Below, one piece after another: positions 1 through 9,246 of a DNA stretch of 24,068 nt. Within the stretch, counting starts at the first letter, position 1; the number at the start of each line of letters is the position of its first letter. Position numbers and translations under genes: made by a program. The DNA lies in assembly GCA_046726415.1 (NCBI GenBank), contig JBKPAK010000002.1, forward strand, positions 1 to 24,068. The letters run 5' to 3'. The notes below the pieces were generated by a model. That model saw nothing but the letters and a program-made list of their open reading frames with translations, was not told the DNA's origin and made no database searches. Source of the stretch: Candidatus Methylomirabilota bacterium (lineage in GTDB: Bacteria > Methylomirabilota > Methylomirabilia > Rokubacteriales > CSP1-6).

Positions 1-816
1 GTCCACGTGGCGGAGAACATCCCGCTGCCGCAGGTGGAGCTGCTCAAGCGCGGCGCCAACACCGACGTGGTCGCCATGAAAGGCGCCCGCATCATCATGC
101 ACAGCTTCAACCTCAGCAAGGACCCGTTCACCAACGTCAAGGTCCGCCAGGCGGTCAATCACGCCATCGCCCGCGACGTGGTCGTCAAGAGTCTGTTGCA
201 GGGCTACGGCCAGGCCCACGTGGGGCTGTTCGCGCCGGGATGGATGGGCGATGGCGCCAAGGTGGAGCCCTACAGCCTCAACGTGGAGAAAGCCAAGCGA
301 CTGCTGGCCGATGCCGGGCTACCCGGCGGCTTCGAGTTCGAGTGGCAGGTCACCGAGGGCGTGTTCCTCAAGGACCGGGAGATCGCCGAAGCTGTGGCCG
401 CGCAGCTCAAGCAGGCCGGCATCACCGCGAAGCTGAAGATCACCGAGCGGGCGACCATCTTCGCCAACTTCTTCGCCGGTAACTACGCCGTCATCTCCAC
501 CCAGTGGCCCACCACGGCCGATCCCGACCGCTACCTCCAGTGGCTGTTCATCCGCACCAAGGCCATCAACGACGCCAAGGAGGCCGACCTCGTCCGCCAG
601 ATGATGGGGGAGGCACGGCGCATCTTGGACCCCGCGAAGAGGGTTCAGAAGTACCAGGAGATGAACAAGCTGGTGTACGACTCGGCGATGCTCATGTTCG
701 TCCACGTCCAGGACGAGCTCTATGGCATCAACAAGCGCACCGGCTGGACTCCCTACCCGGTGCGCGCCATCGCCACCATGCACTGGTACGCGACACACCC
801 GACCATCAAGCGCTGA
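1..816 (+). CDS. ABC transporter substrate-binding protein, peptide/nickel (family 5) type, 5'-partial
   Basis: Frame is open from base 1; family-5 motifs PFTNVKVRQAVNHAI, KAKRLLADAG, IAEAVAAQLKQAGI; followed by two permeases. Confidence 0.9.
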   Translation, partial: VHVAENIPLPQVELLKRGANTDVVAMKGARIIMHSFNLSKDPFTNVKVRQAVNHAIARDVVVKSLLQGYGQAHVGLFAPGWMGDGAKVEPYSLNVEKAKRLLADAGLPGGFEFEWQVTEGVFLKDREIAEAVAAQLKQAGITAKLKITERATIFANFFAGNYAVISTQWPTTADPDRYLQWLFIRTKAINDAKEADLVRQMMGEARRILDPAKRVQKYQEMNKLVYDSAMLMFVHVQDELYGINKRTGWTPYPVRAIATMHWYATHPTIKR

Positions 817-882
817 GGTGCTGGAGTCCGCAGTCGGCAGCGCACAATTCAATGGCTGCGGACTCTAGATTAGGCACCGACC

Positions 883-1818
883 ATGGCCATCCTCCTCCTC
901 CGCCGACTGCTCCAGGCTGTGCCCGCCCTGATGGGCGTCACGCTGGTGGTGTTCCTACTGCTCCATGCGAGCGGCGACCCGACCCACTTCATGCTGCCTC
1001 CGGACGCCACCGAGTCCGAACGTCAGGCATTCCGCCGCGCCTACGGGCTGGACCAGCCGCTGTGGGTACAGTACGGGCGGTTCCTGGGGAACGCGGCCAG
1101 GGGCGACTTGGGACGGTCGTTCGCGTACCGAGCGCCGGCGGTGGAGGTGCTGATGGGACGTGTGCCCGCGACCCTGGAGCTGGCTCTCACCTCCACGCTC
1201 CTGGCGCTTCTGGTGGGCATCCCGTCCGGGGTGATCGCCGCCTTCCGCCAGAACTCGGCCTTCGACTACCTGGTGATGGTCAGCGCCACCCTCGGGCAAT
1301 CGATCGCCACCTTCTGGCTGGGCCTGATGCTGGTGATGTTTGTCTCGGTCCAGCTCGGGCTGTTGCCCGCCTCCGGGCGCGGGAGCTGGGCGCAGCTCAT
1401 CCTGCCGGCCATCACCCTGAGCACCTGGCTGTTGGCGCTACTGGCGCGTATGACGCGCTCAGCCGTGCTGGAGGTGCTGCGCCGCGATTACATCCGCACC
1501 GCGTACGCCAAGGGGCTCGAGCCGCGGGCCGTGCTCGTGCGCCACGCGCTCAAGAACGCGCTGATCCCAATCATCACCCTGCTCGGCGTGTCGTTCAGTT
1601 ACCAAATGGGTGGGGCCGTGGTGGTGGAGACGGTCTTCAACTGGCCGGGAGTGGGCACGCTGATGTTCGACTCGGTCCTGCGGCGGGACTACCCGGTGGT
1701 GCTGACCACGGTGCTGTTCGTGGGGCTGGCGTTCGTGGCGGTTAACTTCCTGGTGGACGTGCTGTACGGGGCGATCGATCCGCGCATTCGCTTGTCGGGG
1801 GTGTCGGGCTCGCGATGA
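883..1818 (+). CDS. ABC transporter permease, DppB/OppB-like
   Basis: GLDQPLWVQY, GDLGRS, EAA-loop region EVLRRDYIRTAYAKGL, VETVFNWPGVG, IDPRIR. Confidence 0.93.
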   Translation: MAILLLRRLLQAVPALMGVTLVVFLLLHASGDPTHFMLPPDATESERQAFRRAYGLDQPLWVQYGRFLGNAARGDLGRSFAYRAPAVEVLMGRVPATLELALTSTLLALLVGIPSGVIAAFRQNSAFDYLVMVSATLGQSIATFWLGLMLVMFVSVQLGLLPASGRGSWAQLILPAITLSTWLLALLARMTRSAVLEVLRRDYIRTAYAKGLEPRAVLVRHALKNALIPIITLLGVSFSYQMGGAVVVETVFNWPGVGTLMFDSVLRRDYPVVLTTVLFVGLAFVAVNFLVDVLYGAIDPRIRLSGVSGSR

Positions 1819-2720
1819 GCGCCCAAGCGGCCCGGGTGGTGCAGGTCTCTAGCCGGCCGGCCCTGCCCAAGGCGCTGGGCGCCGGGCTGCGCGGGCTCAG
1901 CCGTAGCCGGGCGGCCACCTTCGGGAGCATCGTGCTGGGGGTGACCGTGCTGGCGGCGACCTTCGCCCCGCTGCTGGCACCACGTGCCTACGACGCCCAG
2001 GACTTCTCAGTGGCGCTCCTCCCCCCGCTGGCGAGCATGGGCCACCCTCTGGGCACCGACCAGTTCGGGCGCGACATCTGGAGCCGCATCCTGTACGGGG
2101 CGCGGATCTCGCTGGTGGTCAGTTTGTTCGGCATGGTAATCGCAGCCCTGGTGGGCGTCTCGGCCGGACTGCTCTCCGCTTACTTCGGCGGACTGCTCGA
2201 CGCGGCGATCATGAGAGTGGCCGACGTGCAGCTCTCCTTCCCCTACCTGATCCTGGCTATCAGCATGATGGCGCTGCTCGGGCAGAGCCTGCCGCTGCTG
2301 GTGGTGGTACTCGCCGTGCGCGGCTGGGTCAACTACGCTCGCACCATTCGCGGGGTGGCGCTGTCGCTCAAGGAGGAGGAGTTCGTCACCGCGGCGGTGG
2401 TGGCGGGCGCCAGCCCGCTGCGGATCATCCTACGCCACCTGCTGCCGAACGTCATGGCGCCGATCATCGTCCTCAGTTCCTTCGAGGTGGCGGCGATGAT
2501 GTTGATCGAGGCATCGCTGAGCTTCCTCGGGTTGGGGGTGCAGCCCCCGGTCCCGAGTTGGGGCAGTATGATCTCCCAGGGCCGCGACTACATCTACACC
2601 CACTGGTGGATGCCCACCCTGCCGGGCGTCGCCCTCATGCTGGCGGTGCTGGGCGCCAACCAGCTCGGCGACGGCCTGCGCGACCTGCTCGACCCGCGGC
2701 TGCGCGGGACACGGCTGTGA
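1815..2720 (+). CDS. ABC transporter permease, DppC/OppC-like
   Basis: HPLGTDQFGRD, EEFVTAAVVAGAS, LSFLGLGVQPP, GDGLRDLLDPR; ATGA overlap with the upstream permease. Confidence 0.93.
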   Translation: MSAQAARVVQVSSRPALPKALGAGLRGLSRSRAATFGSIVLGVTVLAATFAPLLAPRAYDAQDFSVALLPPLASMGHPLGTDQFGRDIWSRILYGARISLVVSLFGMVIAALVGVSAGLLSAYFGGLLDAAIMRVADVQLSFPYLILAISMMALLGQSLPLLVVVLAVRGWVNYARTIRGVALSLKEEEFVTAAVVAGASPLRIILRHLLPNVMAPIIVLSSFEVAAMMLIEASLSFLGLGVQPPVPSWGSMISQGRDYIYTHWWMPTLPGVALMLAVLGANQLGDGLRDLLDPRLRGTRL

Positions 2721-2762
2721 GGCGGGAGGGCATTTTTCGTCATACCAGCGTTGAGAGAGCTG

Positions 2763-2969
2763 ATGCCGGCAGACAAGATCGCGATCACACTAGACCGAGA
2801 ACTCGTCAAGGAGATCGATCGCGGCGTGAAGTCTGGTCTGTACCGGAATCGCAGCCGCGCCATCGAGGAGGCGGTGCGGAAAGAGCTTGAACGGCACCGG
2901 CGTAGTCGCTTGACGGTCGGGGCGGGAAAGCTGGATCGCGGGCGGCACCGATGGCCTTCGGTCAGGTAA
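2763..2969 (+). CDS. Ribbon-helix-helix (CopG-like) protein, antitoxin-like; C-terminus probably degenerate
   Basis: KIAITLDRELVKEID...NRSRAIEEAV fits the RHH beta-alpha-alpha pattern; purine-rich GAGAGAG upstream of ATG 2763. Confidence 0.7.
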   Translation: MPADKIAITLDRELVKEIDRGVKSGLYRNRSRAIEEAVRKELERHRRSRLTVGAGKLDRGRHRWPSVR

Positions 2970-3162
2970 CGCGGAGCTCTCGACGTACGACGCTGACGCT
3001 TGCGGAGGGATCGCGGCGCGAAGCCTTCTACCGTGCCACGCTCTTCCCGGACGTGCGTGGAGCCGCGGCCGTCGGGGACACGGGGCCGAGCCCATGCGGA
3101 CCGCGGCCCGAGCGTGCCTGCTCGGGTGGCGCATCCCGTACAATCCGGGCGAGGAGATCGCC

Positions 3163-3526
3163 ATGCCTGACTACATCCCCAGCCCCAGACAGTGGGTGCG
3201 CGATCAGGTCGATTTGTACGAGAAGAGCGGGGGCACCGAGGGCACCACGCTTCGCGATACGGGCCTGCCGGTCATCATCGTCACCCACACCGGCAACAAG
3301 ACGGGGCGATTCGCTGATGCGCGTCCAGGACGGCGCTCGCTACGTGCTCGTGGGCTCGATGGGAGGAGCGCCAACGAACCCGGTCTGGGTTCACAACCTC
3401 CGCGCCAACCAGGCGGTGGAGATCCGCGACCTCGCCGCGGTGCAGAGCATGCGGGTCCGCGAGGTTGAAGACGAGGCCGAGCGCGCGCGGCTCTGGGCGC
3501 TGGCCGTGGCGGCGTTTCCACCGTAG
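3163..3526 (+). pseudogene. Deazaflavin (F420)-dependent nitroreductase family (Ddn-like), frameshifted and 3'-truncated
   Basis: GAGGAG RBS then MPDYIPSPRQWVRDQVDLYEKSGG...HTGNKTG; frame change near 3305-3315 to LMRVQDGARYVLVGSMGGAPTNPVWVHNLRAN; stops at AFPP* before the usual C-terminal RxIPV segment. Confidence 0.85.
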
Positions 3527-3591
3527 CCGCTTCGTGGAGCCAAAAAGTGGAGCCAGCGCGGAAGGCGGGTGATCAGAAGAACGGAACTGCC

Positions 3592-3645
3592 TGAAAAGGT
3601 TGGCTCCCCGGGCAGGTCTCGAACCTGCGACATCCTGATTAACAG
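3592..3645 (-). repeat. tRNA-Asn(GTT) 3'-half fragment plus 9 downstream nt, att-like copy 1
   Basis: Minus strand reads (GA)CTGTTAATCAGGATGTCGCAGGTTCGAGACCTGCCCGGGGAGCCA: anticodon loop, T-arm, CCA; no D-arm or 5' acceptor strand. Identical to 11103-11156. Confidence 0.9.
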
Positions 3646-4032
3646 TCCGGCTAGAGACCTGCGTACGGCGATGCATGACGAGCCAAGTACCCGAGATCCC
3701 CATGTTGCCGAGTTGCCGGACGAGTCGCTGCGTGGCTGGAATCCGGGTACGTTGGAACCATCATGGAACTACGACACGGCCCTCGCGAGAGGCATGATCC
3801 GGCTTCTCCACGCCTGGCCCACCGCCAGCCACGCACGGCCCGGGACTCGCCTTCGGCCGCACCGATCTCCACCAGGAACTACGTCCGTCCGCGACTCTGC
3901 CCACCTGGCACAGAGGGCTAAGGAGCCGACCGCTTTACTTCGACACTATCCCAGCTGCCAACCTCTTACGCCAAAGCTAGGCGGACGGGGTGTTGACGAA
4001 GGACAGGTCGTCCGCCCGTCAACGCCAAGATA

Positions 4033-4140
4033 AGGCTCGTTCAGGCGTCGCCAGGGTTCGGCCCTGACCGCCTTGAGCTTCGCACGCCCCCGCTGGCGCA
4101 TCGTCTGCCGCAGCACCGTGAACCAGCCCTTCCGCGTTCT
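4033..4140 (-). pseudogene. Group II intron reverse transcriptase/maturase fragment
   Basis: RTRKGWFTVLRQTMRQRGRAKLKAVRAEPWRRLNEP resembles the segment after the FDFLG motif in group II intron RTs (recognised from memory, not aligned). Confidence 0.65.
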
Positions 4141-4141
4141 C

Positions 4142-5161
4142 CTAGTACGCCTGGATTCGTACCCCGTCGGCGGAATCGCGGGCGTAGTTCTGGTCCTGGT
4201 ACCAGGCCATGTAGCTCGCATACGTGAACGGCTCGAACTTCGGCGGCCTCTCCGCGCTGATGCAGGTCGACAGGCACTCGATTGGCCAGTCGACGTGACA
4301 GTCGAAGAAGAACGGAATGGCGTACCGCTCGCGCCCCGACCGGTTGATCACCCGGTGGGGGGTCGCCAGGAACCGCTCGTTGGTCCAGCGCCTCAGCATG
4401 TCGCCGCCATTGACCAGGAAATACCCGTCCAGGGCCGGAGCGTCGATCCACGTGCCACTGCTGGTCCGGAGAGACAGGCCGGGGATCTTGTTCTGGGCCA
4501 GCAGCGTCATGAAGCTCGTATCGGTGTGGGGCGCGATGCCGAACTCGTTTTCCTCCACCACCGCGACGGGCGGATAGTGCGACATCCGCAAGGTGTACTG
4601 CGGCACGCTGAAGGCCTGAGCGAAGTAATCGACGGGTAAGTCGAGCGCGCGGGCGTAGATCGGGATCAGCTTGAGCGCGAGCGTCTCGAGGGCATCGCAA
4701 TAGGCCACCACGGTCTCGCGGAAGCCGGGCAAGCCCTCGGGCCATAGATTGGCGCAGCGGAAGCGCTTGTTGGCGATCACGTCTGGATGATCGTGGGGCA
4801 GGTCGCGCTTGACGAAGAATGCCTCGTTCAGGTTCGGCTTGTTGTCCGGATTGATTTGCGAATGCCGGGTGGTCGCCCCCTTCATCGGCAGGTAGCCGAC
4901 ATTGTGCTGGTTGCGCTTGACCTTGAGCTTCCGCTCGAGGGGGAGGGCGTGGAAGCGCGCGGCTTCGTCGAATACCCGGTCGCAGAGCGCTGCTGGCACG
5001 CCATGGCCGCTGATGAAGTAGAAGCCGATATGCTCGAGAGCGTGCCGCAGCTCTGCCGCGAGCTGCTCCAGCGCGCCGGGCCGGCCCGCGAGATAGGAAG
5101 CGAGATCCAGGATCGGGATCTCCTCCTCGGCGTTTCGGATCACGGCGGGGGCGAGGCTCAT
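4142..5161 (-). CDS. 2-oxoglutarate/Fe(II) oxygenase, isopenicillin N synthase family
   Basis: IPILDL and GFYFISGHGV N-terminal motifs; HxD (PHTD), distal His (TPHRV), RYAIPFF; GGAGG RBS before ATG 5161. Confidence 0.92.
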   Translation of the reverse strand: MSLAPAVIRNAEEEIPILDLASYLAGRPGALEQLAAELRHALEHIGFYFISGHGVPAALCDRVFDEAARFHALPLERKLKVKRNQHNVGYLPMKGATTRHSQINPDNKPNLNEAFFVKRDLPHDHPDVIANKRFRCANLWPEGLPGFRETVVAYCDALETLALKLIPIYARALDLPVDYFAQAFSVPQYTLRMSHYPPVAVVEENEFGIAPHTDTSFMTLLAQNKIPGLSLRTSSGTWIDAPALDGYFLVNGGDMLRRWTNERFLATPHRVINRSGRERYAIPFFFDCHVDWPIECLSTCISAERPPKFEPFTYASYMAWYQDQNYARDSADGVRIQAY

Positions 5162-5322
5162 GGCGGACCTCCAGTGCGGCGATTGTCGGCGCGCGAGGCG
5201 GCTGGTGTCAACGTTGCGCATCGATTCACACCTTCGGTGACCGAAGCCCAGGCTCGAGATCAGAAGTCACAGTGATCAATGCCTCAGGGGAGGTCGCCGT
5301 GACACGATCGAGCGTGCGGCAG

Positions 5323-5545
5323 TACGCGGCCCTGCGGGCCGTCGCTGCCGCGCTCGGCATGACCATCGGCAGTCTCTTCGCGGCCTCCGCGGCGCCGGAG
5401 CGGGTGGTGGTGCGGCGGAGCGAGCGGAAACGGCTCTCACCACGGCGAGGGATCACGTACGACTTGTAGACACCGGATCTCGCGGGGCCGATCGAGTTCA
5501 TCCTCAGCAGCTACGAAGTCGGTGCCTCGACCCGCGAGGAGCCCT
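5323..5545 (+). pseudogene. XRE-HTH/cupin transcriptional regulator fragment
   Basis: LRAVAAALGMTIGSLF (HTH end), VVVRRSERKRL, ITYDL*TPDLAGPIEFIL with in-frame TAG at 5467-5469; both ends missing. Confidence 0.65.
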
Positions 5546-5630
5546 CCCTCGTAGTACGCAAGCTCCAGCAGCTCGCGCTGTGCCGATTCGCGTACGCTGC
5601 GGAGCAGTGCGGGCTAGTGGGACAAGCCGA

Positions 5631-5783
5631 CTACCTCAGCAGGCCGGGCGGGCCGCGGCCAGGCTGCAGGAACTGGGCGACGGCGCGGCGGCCGATCCGC
5701 TCGCCCTGCTTGATCCGTCCTGGCAGGCAGAGCGGAAGTGAATGCCCGCGTAGACGCGGGAGTCGGCGCTCTCCTGTGAGGCG
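5631..5783 (-). pseudogene. Vanadium haloperoxidase/PAP2-like C-terminal fragment
   Basis: ESADSRVYAGIHFRSA matches the SRxxxGxHF motif; frameshift then IKQGERIGRRAV. Confidence 0.7.
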
Positions 5784-5873
5784 CCGGGACGACACGGCGC
5801 GTCGATGGGTCTGTTGACACGGCCGTCATCCCGGCCCCGAAAGGGGGCATAATCTCCGCACGAGGGCACACCC

Positions 5874-6668
5874 ATGGGCTGGCTCGATGGACAGGTAGCG
5901 CTCGTGACGGGCGGCGGTTCGGGCATCGGACAGGCGATCGTGACGCGCTTCGTCCAGGAGGGCGCACGCGTCGGTGTCATGGATCGCGTCGCGGCCCGGG
6001 TCGAGAAGCTCCAGGCCGAATTCGGCAAATCGGTCGTCGCGCTCGGCGGTGACGTCGTCCGACTCGACGACAACAAGCGGGCCGTCGCCAGGACCGTCGA
6101 GGCCTTCGGCCGGCTGGACATCTTCGTCGGCAACGCGGGCGTGTTCGACCGCGCGCTCCCCCTCGCCGACATTCCCGAGGACCAGCTCTCCGCCGCGTGC
6201 GACGAGCTGTTCGGCGTGAACGTGAAGGGATGCATCGTCGGCGCGAAGGCGGCCCTCCCCGAGCTCCGGAAGGCCAACGGCTGCATGATCTTCACCGCCT
6301 CCGTGGCGGGCATGAACTCGGGTGGGGGCGGCGTCATCTACACGGCGTCGAAGCACGCGGTGATCGGGTTGATCCGGCAGCTCGCCCTGGAGCTCGGGCC
6401 CCAGGTCCGCGTGAACGGCGTGGCGCCCGGCGGCACCAGGACCGATCTGAGGGGTCTGGCGGCGCTTCGCCAGGACGATCGGTCGCATTTCGCCGATCCG
6501 GACTGGGAGGAGGGGATGCGCGCGAACAATCCCCTGCACATGGTGCTCGAGCCCGCCGACCTCGCGGGCGCCTACGTGTTCCTCGCCTGCCCCAGCGCCC
6601 GAGGTATCACGGGGAGCATCGTCACGGTCGATGCGGGAAGCATGCTCCGGATGCGACGTCGCAGCTGA
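5874..6668 (+). CDS. cis-dihydrodiol dehydrogenase (BphB/HcaB-like SDR)
   Basis: TGGGSGIG, GNAGVFD, GGGGVIYTASKHAV, VRVNGVAPGG.TDLRG; directly upstream of the ring-hydroxylating dioxygenase genes. Confidence 0.9.
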   Translation: MGWLDGQVALVTGGGSGIGQAIVTRFVQEGARVGVMDRVAARVEKLQAEFGKSVVALGGDVVRLDDNKRAVARTVEAFGRLDIFVGNAGVFDRALPLADIPEDQLSAACDELFGVNVKGCIVGAKAALPELRKANGCMIFTASVAGMNSGGGGVIYTASKHAVIGLIRQLALELGPQVRVNGVAPGGTRTDLRGLAALRQDDRSHFADPDWEEGMRANNPLHMVLEPADLAGAYVFLACPSARGITGSIVTVDAGSMLRMRRRS

Positions 6669-6678
6669 GGAGGTTCCC

Positions 6679-7953
6679 ATGGCAGCCGATGTCTCCCGGT
6701 TGGTGGACGTCGAGAACGGCCGCATCAGTCGCCGCATCTTCGTCGAGCGGGAGATCTACGACCAGGAGCTGGAGCGGATCTTCGCACGCTGCTGGCTCTT
6801 CCTCTGCCACGCGTGCCAGCTCCCGCGGCCGGGTGATTTCTTCAGCACCTACATGGGCGAGGACCCCGTCCTGGTGGTGCGCGACGCCGAGGGCCAGCTC
6901 CGCGCGTTCCTGAACGTCTGCCGCCATCGCGGCAATCGGCTGTGCCGTGCGGATACGGGGAACGCCGCGACCTTCACGTGCGCCTATCACGGCTGGACGT
7001 ACCGCAACAACGGCCGCCTCGTCGGCGTGCCGTTCATCAAGGAAGCCTACTACGGCGAGCTCGATCGCGAACGGTGGAGTCTCGTGCCGGTCGCCCAGCT
7101 CGAGAGCTACAAGGGGTTGATCTTCGCGACCTTCGATCCCGAGGCGCCACCGCTGCGCGAGTACCTCGGCGAGATGACCTGGTACCTGGACGCGTTCTTC
7201 GACCGCCGCGAGGGCGGCAGCGAAGTCGTCGGCGGGCTGCACAAGTGGATCATGCCCTGCAACTGGAAGCTCCCCGCGGAGAACTTCGCCGGCGACGGGT
7301 ATCACGTCACGTGGAGCCACGTCTCCGCCATCCGCGCGGGGTTCGGCGGCGACTTCCGGGTCGGCACCGACCCGACGGGCACGGCGCTGTCGCCGGGCAA
7401 CGGCCACTGCGTGATGACCGTCGGCGCCGACATGAACGCCGACCCGCCGGCGCCGGAGATCCAGGCGTACGAGGAGAAGATCTTCCCGGACGTGGTGAAG
7501 CGGCTGGGTCCGCGCGCCGGCACCCTCAAACCGGTCGCCGGCACCGTCTTCCCGAACTTCTCCATGCTCAAGCCCACCTCGCGGACGTTCCGTGTCTGGC
7601 ATCCGCGCGGCCCCGACAAGACCGAGGTCTGGGCCTGGGTCTACGTGGACAAGGCCGCGCCCCCCGAGGTGAAAGACGCCGTGCGTCTGACAGGCGTGCG
7701 CGTCTTCGGCCCCGCGGGCGTGTTCGAGCAGGACGACATGGACAACTGGCAGGCGTGCACGCAGACCGGCCAGGGCGTCGTGGCCCGCCGCTATCCCTTG
7801 AACTACGAGATGGGTCTGGGACACGAGCGGTACGACGACACGCTCAAGGCCTGGGCCAGCGACTATCGCTTCAGCGAGAGCAATCATCGGCAGTTCTACC
7901 AGCGCTGGGCGCAGCTCATGGCGGCGGAGAAGTGGGCGGAGATCACGAGCTGA
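6679..7953 (+). CDS. Rieske aromatic ring-hydroxylating dioxygenase alpha subunit, copy 1 (BphA/HcaE-like)
   Basis: GAGGAGG RBS; Rieske CRHRG...CAYHGW; ENFAGDGYHVTWSH; FEQDD; FSESNHR. Confidence 0.95.
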   Translation: MAADVSRLVDVENGRISRRIFVEREIYDQELERIFARCWLFLCHACQLPRPGDFFSTYMGEDPVLVVRDAEGQLRAFLNVCRHRGNRLCRADTGNAATFTCAYHGWTYRNNGRLVGVPFIKEAYYGELDRERWSLVPVAQLESYKGLIFATFDPEAPPLREYLGEMTWYLDAFFDRREGGSEVVGGLHKWIMPCNWKLPAENFAGDGYHVTWSHVSAIRAGFGGDFRVGTDPTGTALSPGNGHCVMTVGADMNADPPAPEIQAYEEKIFPDVVKRLGPRAGTLKPVAGTVFPNFSMLKPTSRTFRVWHPRGPDKTEVWAWVYVDKAAPPEVKDAVRLTGVRVFGPAGVFEQDDMDNWQACTQTGQGVVARRYPLNYEMGLGHERYDDTLKAWASDYRFSESNHRQFYQRWAQLMAAEKWAEITS

Positions 7954-7974
7954 CAAGGTCGTAAGGAGCGCCCG

Positions 7975-9246
7975 ATGGGGACAGACCCTCTCGTCGACGC
8001 CGATCGCGGACTCATCAGCAAGCGGATCTTCATCGAGCGCGAGATCTACGAGCAGGAGCTGGAGCGGATCTTCGCCCGCTGCTGGCTTTTCCTCTGCCAC
8101 GAGAGCCAGATCCCGCAGCCGGGCGACTTCTTCAGCACGTACATGGGCGAGGACCCGGTCCTGGTGGTGCGCGACGCCGGCGGCCGGGTGCACGCCTTCC
8201 TGAACGTCTGCCGCCATCGCGGGAACCGGCTGTGCCGCGCCGACGCGGGCAACGCGACCACGTTCACCTGCGCGTATCACGGCTGGACCTATCGGAACGA
8301 CGGGCGGCTGGTGGGCGTGCCGTTCCACAAGGAGGCGTATTACGGCGCGCTCCCGCGAGAGCGGTGGGGCCTCATCCCGGTGGCGCAACTCGACAGCTAC
8401 ACGGGGTTGATCCTCGCCACGTTCGATCCGGAGGCGCCGCCCCTGCGAGAGTACCTCGGCGAGATGACGTGGTACCTGGATGCGTTCTTCGACCGTCGCG
8501 CGGGTGGGGTCGAGGTCATCGGCGGGATGCACAAGTGGGTCATGCCCTGTAACTGGAAGTTCCCCGCCGAGAATTTCGGCGGCGATGCCTACCACGTGCA
8601 GTGGACGCATCTCTCGGCCGTCAAGACGTCGTTCAGTGCCGGCGTGACGGCCCAGCCGAGCGCCACGGGCGCCATGGTCTCGCCCGGTCACGGTCACGTC
8701 GTGATCGCCGTCGGTCCGAACGACATCGGCGATCCGCCGGTGCCGGAGATCCTGGCCTACGAGGCGGAGATCCGTGCCGAGGTGGAGGCGCGCCTCGGCC
8801 CCCGGCGGCGCCTGGTCAATCCGATCGTCGGCACGGTGTTCCCCAACTTCTCGATGCTGCGCGCCACCTCACGGACGTTTCGCGTCTGGCAGCCCCGCGG
8901 GCCCGACAAGACCGAGGTGTGGTCCTGGCTCTACGTCGACAGGGCCGCCCCGCCCCATGTCAAGGAAGCCTTCCGGCTGGCAGGCGTGCGAGGCTTCAGC
9001 CCCTCGGGCACCTTCGAGCAGGACGACATGGACAACTGGCAGGAGTGCACGCGCACCTGTCGCGGCGTCGTGTCGCGCCGGTCCCCCCTGAACACCCAGA
9101 TGGGCCTCGGCCACGAGCGGTTCGACGAGAGCCTCAGCGCCTGGACGAGCGATTTCCGCGTGAGCGAGAGCAACCACCGGCAGTTCTATCGGCGCTGGGC
9201 CGAGCTCATGGCCGTCGAGCGCTGGGCCGAGGTCAAGGATGCGTGA
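7975..9246 (+). CDS. Rieske aromatic ring-hydroxylating dioxygenase alpha subunit, copy 2
   Basis: AAGGAG RBS; CRHRG...CAYHGW; ENFGGDAYHVQWTH; FEQDD; clear paralog of 6679-7953. Confidence 0.95.
   Translation: MGTDPLVDADRGLISKRIFIEREIYEQELERIFARCWLFLCHESQIPQPGDFFSTYMGEDPVLVVRDAGGRVHAFLNVCRHRGNRLCRADAGNATTFTCAYHGWTYRNDGRLVGVPFHKEAYYGALPRERWGLIPVAQLDSYTGLILATFDPEAPPLREYLGEMTWYLDAFFDRRAGGVEVIGGMHKWVMPCNWKFPAENFGGDAYHVQWTHLSAVKTSFSAGVTAQPSATGAMVSPGHGHVVIAVGPNDIGDPPVPEILAYEAEIRAEVEARLGPRRRLVNPIVGTVFPNFSMLRATSRTFRVWQPRGPDKTEVWSWLYVDRAAPPHVKEAFRLAGVRGFSPSGTFEQDDMDNWQECTRTCRGVVSRRSPLNTQMGLGHERFDESLSAWTSDFRVSESNHRQFYRRWAELMAVERWAEVKDA

Noticed and set aside
504-1745. Long alternative-frame or antisense ORFs (also 6942-7964, 11163-12191, 11812-13083)
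   Set aside because: Off-frame products of high-GC codon bias, overlapping well-supported genes and lacking motifs.
3601-3680. Complete tRNA-Asn gene (also checked at 11112-11190)
   Set aside because: Only anticodon loop to CCA is present; no D-arm or complementary 5' acceptor strand.
3980-4026. Apparent pseudoknot (GGCGGACG/CGTCCGCC and GGTGTTGACG/CGTCAACGCC)
   Set aside because: Loop lengths (1 and 0 nt) are implausible, and the 3' half is explained as the GRPPVNA transposase scrap.
6622-8697. 691-aa minus-strand ORF with internal repeat
   Set aside because: Antisense shadow of the two dioxygenase alpha genes; the repeat just mirrors the duplication.
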